Source: Eledone cirrhosa
Lineage: Eukaryota
DNA length: 64,000 bases
Direction: 5' to 3'
Assembly: GCA_964016885.1 (NCBI GenBank)
Contig: OZ024747.1
Location: forward strand, 57,598,001-57,662,000
Of this stretch, positions 55,807-64,000 are shown piece by piece (within the stretch, counting starts at the first letter, position 1; every line of letters begins with the position of its first letter). A program made the position numbers and the translations under genes. The notes under the pieces are model-generated. The model searched no databases. It saw only the letters and a list, made by a program, of their open reading frames with translations, and was not told the DNA's origin.

Positions 55807-56997
55807 GTGACTCTAAATCTAAATACTGGATTAATAGAACCTTTCCACAAAAATAATGAAAATCTTGCCTACATTAGTTACAACTCAAATCACCCCAAAT
55901 CCATAATTAAATCCATAGCACGTAGTATATCCCTCCGAATATCCCGCCTATCCTCAAACCTAGAAATCTTTAACGAGCATGCTGACTATTATAATGCAGC
56001 ATTAAGTAGGGCCGGTCATAAAGATAAACTACAGTATATAGTGAATAAGGACAACATAAACAATCCTAGTAATTTCTACTCCAACCGCTCACATAATAAT
56101 AGGAATAGCTTGACTAGACATAGGGTTAGACATGTAACACCTAGAGTAAACGGCCAAAACACTAATAACGTAAACCCAAGAAACAATAGAAGAAACAGAC
56201 AAAGAAAATACCTATGGTTCAACCCAATATTCAACTCCTCTATAAAAACTAGACTGCCCTCTACATTCTTTAAACTAATAGATAAACACTTCCCTATCTC
56301 GCATAGATATCACAAAATACTCAATAGATCTACTATTAAACTCTCTTTCTCAACAGCAGCTAACATAGAATCACACATACGTAAGATCAACCACAGAAAT
56401 ATCTCAAGTAAATCAATTGCACCTATACATAAGCACAAACTCATCACAACATCACAACCACAAGCGCATACAAACGCGCAGCAGCAAAACCCCATGGGGC
56501 ATATATCACAACCCACTTATAACAGGGTACTAAATAGGAATGTAAAAGCTGCACAAAATAGCGCCTCAAACTGCAACTGTCACCTCCCAGATAGGTGCCC
56601 ATTGGCGAACAGATGTCTCGATTCGAGCCTGGTGTACATGTGCACTGTCATCTCGGGTAACTCCACCTGGAATTACATAGGATCCACCGCGGGTTCTTTT
56701 AAGAAAAGATGGTATGTGCACAGGCACTCAATGAAAAATCGAGCACTTATGGGTTCCACCACTCTCGCCAGAAAAATATGGGAATTGAAGGACAGCAACG
56801 CTAGCTACACTATCAACTGGTCGAAGTTGTCGGCTGCTAAAACCTATAGTACAGGGATGTCCTATTGCGGGCTGTGTGATCTTGAGCTATTGTATATCCT
56901 TAGAAATGTTAAAAGGCTACTTAATAATAAGTTAGAAAGATCTATCTTCTGCAGACATAGAATAGCCACTAAATTCATAAGATTCAAACCTCCGTGA
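55807..56997 (+). CDS. C-terminal part of the PLE polyprotein: RT thumb, CxCx5C linker and GIY-YIG endonuclease (GTG is not the native start)
   Basis: SNHP, WFNP, KHFP, CNCHLPDRCPL, LVY..YIG, FKKRW..H, CGLC..E, LLN, CRH. 396 codons without a stop. Confidence 0.85.
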   Translation: MTLNLNTGLIEPFHKNNENLAYISYNSNHPKSIIKSIARSISLRISRLSSNLEIFNEHADYYNAALSRAGHKDKLQYIVNKDNINNPSNFYSNRSHNNRNSLTRHRVRHVTPRVNGQNTNNVNPRNNRRNRQRKYLWFNPIFNSSIKTRLPSTFFKLIDKHFPISHRYHKILNRSTIKLSFSTAANIESHIRKINHRNISSKSIAPIHKHKLITTSQPQAHTNAQQQNPMGHISQPTYNRVLNRNVKAAQNSASNCNCHLPDRCPLANRCLDSSLVYMCTVISGNSTWNYIGSTAGSFKKRWYVHRHSMKNRALMGSTTLARKIWELKDSNASYTINWSKLSAAKTYSTGMSYCGLCDLELLYILRNVKRLLNNKLERSIFCRHRIATKFIRFKPP

Positions 56998-57320
56998 ATC
57001 GAACCAACATAACATAGCTTTAAATTAGGATACCTACTACCCACAGAAATATATTCATTAAGTATACTATTTCCTTCACAAGTCTATACCACACAATTGT
57101 CTGTAAGTACCTCATCTACCAACAATCTTACTCCTTCTCAGCTGCTGCAATCATTTGATCCTAGATCCTAGTTTCTCTCATTTCACTACTACAACTTTAC
57201 CTTCTTTTTGCCATAACTACAATTAGCACGCTTTTCTCTTTGCATGTATGTATATTTTTGTACGAGTGTATATTGATGTGTATGTATGTGTCTATGTACA
57301 CATATATGTGTATATATATT

Positions 57321-57375
<55 letters not shown>

Positions 57376-57732
57376 ATAGATATATGCGTATATTAATTCG
57401 TTAACCTCTGTATTAACTCTACAACTATTGAGCTTTGACAGTGGTCCCACTCATGTATACTGTTGAAGATGAAGAGAAAGACTGTAAATACTAGCTTATC
57501 TTTATAATTTAAAATTGATACACACTACGATACTTTTTGCCTTATGACAGCTGATTTTCACGCCGTAACATTAGATACATTATATACCCCCCACCTAAGT
57601 AATGTCAGGGTCTCCTTAAATAGTTTATTGATAGCATTGTTGTAATAATTGTTGTTGTTATTGTTCTAATTGAATGCCATAACTACTCCATATTTTCTTT
57701 TCTTTTCTTGCCTGTGTATTTTCTTCATTCTC

Positions 57733-57847
57733 GCATGCTCCGAAGATCTGACTGGTTATAATTCTGTATTGGCGATCGAATGACGCAAAATTAGGCGGAT
57801 AGCGATCTCTAGACAGACCAGTTCAGTGAAACAAATGTAAGCTATGT
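57733..57847 (+). ncRNA. Hammerhead variant in the pLTR (mirror copy 55053-55167, minus)
   Basis: GCATGCT CCGAAGA T CTGACTGGT [60 nt] ACCAGTTCAG T GAAA C AAAT G TA AGCTATGT, followed by AATAAA at 57849. Confidence 0.72.
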
Positions 57848-58067
57848 GAATAAAAACTTTTTTGTATAGCAAACCATGTAAACCTTCTTTCCTGATTTAT
57901 TATTACTCCAAGTGTTTACAACATAGGAATTACAGCATACCCGCAGCATCACTATGAAAACGCCTTGTTGAGTCAAACCAAGCCAAGCGTTAATATCATC
58001 CACTACCTGGAATACCATAACTGGACTTCACCTAAGTGGACTGCATTTAACTATTATTTGTTAATCC

Positions 58068-58165
<98 letters not shown>

Positions 58166-58181
58166 ATAATCTCTCTCTCTC

Positions 58182-58225
<44 letters not shown>

Positions 58226-58419
58226 AGGAAGTTGTAGTTCACTTGAAGCATTGTGTAATGAGGTATAAACGTTTGTATTTGTAAAGCCAAAACAATGCAG
58301 GTATGGACATAGAATATAAATGCAAATGCAAAAGATATTGTTGACAATTAGTCTTTTACCTTAAATTTATTTAAATGTCCTTAATTTTCGAGATAATATC
58401 TCTTCTTCGGATATTATCA

Positions 58420-58990
58420 GAATTGACAGGATCCCTCACCCGAGATGAATTAGACCTCCTCAGCCTGGGTCCCAAGCTCATATTGAAACAGTGACTGGAC
58501 GACAAATTATGGCTCGACATAGAAACGAATTTCTGTCGGGCTGCCTACCAACTAAAATGGATATCGACTCCTCGGCAACAACACCACGGAATCTAACAAA
58601 CCCAGATTCCCGATATACCAACTAGATCGCCCACTCTGTCCACCGCCTGCCAACCGCGAGCTTGAAGAAAAACTCTCGAGTCTAAAACATTCCGTATTTA
58701 ACATCTTACGGAAACAGAAGAAGATAGCCCCAAACCTCTCCAGGACACAACAACTCGCCCTGAAGAACCTACGGAAGAGGGAACTTATATACTTACCATC
58801 CGACAAAGGTAAAGAGTTTTGCGTCATCTCTCAAGCCACACACAACAACCTAGCCTTTGAACACCTAAGCGACAGTGAACTATATACAGAGATCCCAGAC
58901 ATGACTGCAGCCCAGATCGAAAAACAGACCAACTCCATCTGGTTCGACATCTGTAGGAGAAGACAACTCCCAAATAAAGTTAAACTCATA
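58420..58990 (+). pseudogene. Second PLE family: N-terminal pre-RT ORF fragment
   Basis: LTRDELDLLSLGPK...IETNFCRAAYQLKW, then a stop/frameshift, then NLSRTQQLALKNLRKRELIYLPSDKGKEFCVI...HLSDSELY (PLE DKG motif). Confidence 0.8.
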
Positions 58991-61328
58991 ATACCCTCAC
59001 TTTTTTACTTGGAAAAGTTACAACTATGGTGTTATTTGGTGCTGTTTGGTCCAGCTGTTTGGCGGAAAGTTTGTTACCTACATACGACCGTCAGCTTTAT
59101 AGTATATATACATATATATATTTGTGTATATATACATATTTATATATGTATATATTTGTTTATATATACATATATTATTTATATATGTTTATATATGTAA
59201 TATATATATATGTGTGTTTGTGAATTGGTGGAAAAATATTTAACTTGTGGAATTTAAGAGTCGATTAGGCTCTGTGTTTATATTTTCAATATTGCTCCAC
59301 ACAATCAATATATATATTATTTGCCAGCCATTATATTTACCGAGATACTGTTCGTGTTATTGGCCTTATTGTATTACCTGTATGAAATATACCTGAATAT
59401 AATTCATTTCTTGTACGTTGTTTATTTCAGGAAAATATCCCGTGATAAATTATTTTAGCAGAAACTCTTTCAAAGCTTCTTATATATTTTTCGAAATACC
59501 ATATTGATGGAAATGAACAACATATACTTACTATACTGCATAATAAATGACAGATTATGAACGAAAGAAATATAAGAATATATACTGTAAAATTGAAAAC
59601 ATTTCTCTATTTCTGTTGTAATTCAATATGAAATAATTTTGTAATCATTTTGGAAGGCGCTATACTTCTAGCGTTTGTTTAATATTTTTGCTAATATAAA
59701 TTTCTTATAGAAAGCATTATTCGTTGTCACGCATGCAATTTTATATGAAATAAATAGTAAAATTTCATATTACTAGAGTATATATCGTAGAGGTCTTGTA
59801 CAGTCCACTACAAAAATAAGAAGCAATAGTGTGATCTTGACACGCTTTTCCGTTCACAATGAGAGTCTATATGTAAAAGGATAACCTTCACGACTGTCTA
59901 ATATATCTGATAAATTTTAATTAGCACATACAAATAGCGATGGAGAAAATATAGTGCCACCATCAATTATAGTATATCAAAAATTTTGCTGGTCCGTCAA
60001 GAATTTATCTAATAGAAGTAACTACCACGAATACCCCAAATATTCAAATAAGAATCCTTTCATTATTGTATATTTGATAATTTTTTTAAATGTTCGAGAA
60101 TGATGATTCACTTAATTATATAACTTAACTAATTTGCCTCTTTATTAACCTGTTGTGTGGAACATAACGTAACACAGGTTGTGATAGTAAGATTTGAAAA
60201 GAATATAAACATTTAAAAATAAACGGTTTTACATCATAATACCTGGTTCGTTACTAATCACTTTGGCATTAAACGGGTTAAATAGATTTCAGAGCGATTA
60301 ATTAAGATTTGGTTAAGCTGTTGCTGCAGAAACGTAACGATGCTTGAAAACATATTCCAGCTATTACAATATTTCTGTTCTTAGTGAAATTGTATAAACA
60401 AACAAACCACAGCTTTTACAAATCAAAGTGTATCTCAGACTTATTAAAAATTTTCTTACATTTAGGGACGGCTAAAATCTACAAATTTCTTCTATTGTAT
60501 ACTATAACATCAAAGACTGCTTATCAATGAGTCTTACGGTGACAGTAATATACTTATCACCTTAGGGTGAACAAGAGTGAGGGATGCAGAAAGTGTACTC
60601 CATGATGTAAATAAAAATTTCAATGATAAAAAATGAGAGTTAAGTTAGTGTTAGCATATTTCAGTTAGCCATTGTAACTTGTGAACATATATTCTTTACT
60701 ATTCCCTAATTTAATGTAAAAGCTGCTCGAAAACTGGCATTCCTAAACCTTGTTTGAATTTGCATAATTTAAGTGTGTTAAATGTAATCTCAAATGTAAA
60801 CATATATATACTTATATTGATATCACTAGCTCTTTAACTTTATATGTTCCTATAAATCTCAATATATTTCTGGAGATCATAACTACTTTTTAATGTTCAC
60901 ACATATCTTGTACAGAATAAGAATATTTAAATATGAATGAAACATGTATAGTTGAAATATCAACCACATATCATTTCCTAAACAAACAATAATCAACAGG
61001 GAATCTCAACAACGCTGTTGTCATTCTCTTAAATAATCAGGAAGTGAATACCATATAATGCATGATATGTCGTATGGGATTTCTCTCTATGTAAATATAT
61101 AAAGTGAAATCACCGGATATATATAGTGAAAGCAAATACAATACTATAATAAATATTGCATTATGGATATTTTACCTTTCTTTACCGAGACAATTCGTTC
61201 TTCTATCACGAGAATCTTCTCTATCTATTATATACAAAGCTTAGATAGACTCAATGGCGGTATGTTAATTCAATTCGCCGTCTACAATGTGACTTACTTC
61301 GTATTGCTTGAAATATGGGATTACTTAC

Positions 61329-61405
61329 AAAAGAACATATATCCAACGAGTTGTACAGTGGCAGTCTCCGATATATTCTGTTGGGTAGTGGCATTTGTAT
61401 GTGTG
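61329..61405 (-). other. Candidate 77-nt host exon
   Basis: Minus strand TTCTTTCCCTTTCGTCTGCAG| ... |GTAAGT in repeat-poor sequence. All three frames are open; no homology recognised. Confidence 0.25.
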
Positions 61406-61505
61406 CTGCAGACGAAAGGGAAAGAATTTCAATAAGAAAATGAGATCAAATTTCATGTGTTCGAAAGGAATATTCTCTCTCTTTATTTATATATATGTAT
61501 ATATA

Positions 61506-62080
61506 TATTTCGTTTCTGAATTTGTTTAGAACGATTCTTTATCTGAAAACGTGTGTTGAAACCGATATTGTTATGCTTTGGGAGGGTCATGTTGCCAATA
61601 AGAAACACACGCACCAGTTGTTTCACTTCAATTTATTATAAATTAAATTTATAAATTTGGGAATTTATAAATTTCCGGTTGGTTGGTTGGTTGCACAACC
61701 AGACGATTGTTCATATATTGTCAAAGTTCTTTTCTCACACATTCTGTGACCTCTTCAGTGACTGGGGATTCTTTTCTTTGCTTTTGTGCCTCTCCTTTGT
61801 TCTGTCCTACGCCATCTTGTTTTTGTTGTGTGCTTAGTTTGCGCATGTGTTACATCCGGGTGTCTGTGTGTGTTTATATTTGTTTATTTATTTGTTTATT
61901 TACATGTTACTGGTTGGTTGTTTGTTCTATGTGTGTGTGTGTTTTCATTTTGTCCTTAATTGTAAGTTGTGATGTTGCTATTCCATTCATGTTTTCTATT
62001 TAATTTTGGTTGGAGTTCATTTATGTTTATTGCCTCTGTGATTTGTGTTTCTTATTGGCAACATGACCCTCCAAAAGCAT

Positions 62081-62088
<8 letters not shown>
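61506..62088 (-). mobile_element. PLE-end family C, longest copy, with 45-bp terminal inverted arm (62044-62088)
   Basis: Colinear with 54294-54576 and extends about 250 bp further 5'; (TA)n flanks. Confidence 0.85.
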
Positions 62089-62144
<56 letters not shown>

Positions 62145-62160
62145 ATACTCTCTCTCTCTC

Positions 62161-62202
<42 letters not shown>

Positions 62203-63131
62203 CTTGACTTATAAATAATGAGGCGGTATCGATGGGACAGCCGATTCATGAAACTAACGATTTGTGTATTCCATAAACACGTGTAACGTGTTTCAGTATG
62301 ACACATTGTTTTACAAAGCTGGCCCTTTGTATTACAGGCCACGTCTACACAGTTTCTCCTTACAAGGCTGCCATTTCCCACTTAGATAATAACATAATGA
62401 CTATAAGAAAGGGATACATAATACACGGTATATGTCTAGATATATTATATTTCTTTTTGCTGATTTACCTCTCCCAGCCGACAGTGCAAAGCCATGCTGG
62501 AGCATAGTCATGATCAACACAATTTGAACGACCTTTCAATGCCTCAGCAACCGAAGCAGTAATAGAACTAAGGTTGGATTTAGGCCTTAGGGGTCGGGGG
62601 CACTTCAGGTTTGGGGGAGCCCCTTATACACAAAACATTAGAATAAACAGAATCCGCCCCCAATTTTACATATCAAAGTTAGCTTGGTGCAAGTAACTGG
62701 AATTAGAAATTTCCACATAGAGGTATTAAATACAAAACTATTAAACATCCTAAAACTAAAAGAAAAAACAGCTGAGGGCAGAAATAAGTTGCTACGCCGT
62801 CGCAGGTGCCAACAGCAGGGGTCCTGGGGCAATTGCCCCTATTACTCCCCATTTAATACGGCCCTCATTAGAACAACGAAGTAATGGAATAATTAGAGAG
62901 GTTAGAGAATTTTAATTGGAAAGTTGTAAGTTCGATTTCTGGAGCGGGCGATGCATTATGATCTTGCGCAAGGCACTTTATTTCACGTTGCTCTTTCTGC
63001 CAGAAGTTGCGACCGGTAGATAGTATCGGCAATGGAAAGATGAATGGAAACATTGTTTCGTTGTTTTGGTTTGACGAGTACCACCCCGTTCGATAAGCGA
63101 ATAACATCTGGGATCTAGTAAAAGGTATACC

Positions 63132-63316
63132 AATAATTGTTTCTACTTTTGGCACAAGGCCAGCAATTACCCAGTGCATTACTGGTACTTTATTTTATCG
63201 ACCCCGTAAGGATGAAAGGCAAAATTAACCTCGGCGGGATTTGAACTCAGATCGTAAAGGGACGTAACTATGCTGGAAAGCATGGCGTCCGACCTTCTAC
63301 CGATACTGCCAATCCA
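63132..63316 (-). mobile_element. SINE family 1 with 16-bp TSD
   Basis: AAGGTATAC(C/A)AATAAT at 63122-63137 and 63316-63331. Confidence 0.9.
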
Positions 63317-64000
63317 AGGTATACAAATAATGTGCTCGATGTTGAAATTCCAATGAGGCAAACTGCGATTTTCGTCATATTGCCAGCGAGGAGAATTGCC
63401 AGAAATGTTAGTGTATCGTGTGAGGTGCTTTGACATATTAACACTGGCTCTTGGCGTTTGAGTTCATATCCCATTGTTGCCTACGTGGTTGGTATATTTA
63501 ATCGGACATACACTTTATCAGCCGCACCTGACTCTTGCGTGGTTTGGTGCCTGTAGCGGAATCTATACTCTAGCAAGTATATGAACAATGTTTCCGGTTT
63601 GAGGATACATTCCTCACTCCACTCACTCACTCACTCACTCACTCACTCACTCACTCACTTACGCACTCACTCACTCGCTCACTCGTTCGATGCCCGCCGC
63701 CGCCGCCCGCCGCCGCCACCGCCTCAAAGGTCCTCATAGATAAAGGGACTTGGTTGAAGCCTCATCCTATTTTACTAGGCTGCAAAAAGGATGATATATA
63801 GTGTCTTAGAGGAAGAGTCTTGATTAACACAACTGTCCAACTTATTATTGCACAATAAGAATTGACTTAGGAGTAAGCAATAGTAACAGCAGCAATAACA
63901 ACATTAACAGTATTAGATATTGATTTAGTAGTAAACAACAGCAGCAACAACAGTAACAACAACAATATTAAGTGTTGGACATTGTCTTAAGAGTAAACAA

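Larger units (their letters stand above)
55000..58068 (+). mobile_element. Penelope-like retroelement (C-terminal GIY-YIG; Hydra-clade-like), 5'-truncated with inverted pLTR
   Basis: RT and GIY-YIG coding sequence; inverted repeats 55000-55430 / 57470-57900 (one mismatch seen); 168-bp 3' extension; (TA)n on both sides. Confidence 0.92.

Noticed and set aside
55000-57900. DNA transposon with 431-bp TIRs
   Set aside because: The interior encodes RT and GIY-YIG, not a transposase, and the right repeat extends a further 168 bp, as expected for a PLE inverted pLTR.
57895-58068. 3' extension as ORF N-terminus with an in-frame TGA read as selenocysteine
   Set aside because: The homologous tail at 17205-17367 has TAA at a nearby position and poor peptide conservation; no SECIS recognised.

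Overview
Very AT-rich eukaryotic non-coding DNA, probably intronic or intergenic. The tRNA-derived SINE families resemble those I know from octopod cephalopods, but the taxon is inferred. (TA)n, (CA)n and (TATG)n microsatellites generate almost all ORFs in the supplied track (YI/HT repeats), so those ORFs are artefacts. No intact host gene is visible; there is one weak exon candidate. Real content: (1) a young, 5'-truncated Penelope-like retroelement (PLE) at 55000-58068, with an internally deleted RT, an open thumb/GIY-YIG frame and 431-bp inverted pseudo-LTRs, plus a second PLE ORF fragment with the DKG motif; (2) about 20 short PLE-end-like insertions in or next to (TA)n tracts, many built as fold-back hairpins; (3) at least 14 minimal type-I hammerhead ribozyme (HHR) motifs, read by eye, from about 9 families. 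These fall into recurring non-canonical classes: a CCGA core with U10.1-U11.1 and a 60-64 nt stem-II insert carrying TGACGCAA; A10.1-U11.1 with a conserved C.Y mismatch and covariation; a U3-A8 core; and an extra-purine core; (4) many tRNA-SINE copies with 11-18 bp TSDs, decayed RTE, RTE-X and R4-like LINE pieces, a mariner fragment and hAT MITEs. All structures were read manually, with no folding or database search.
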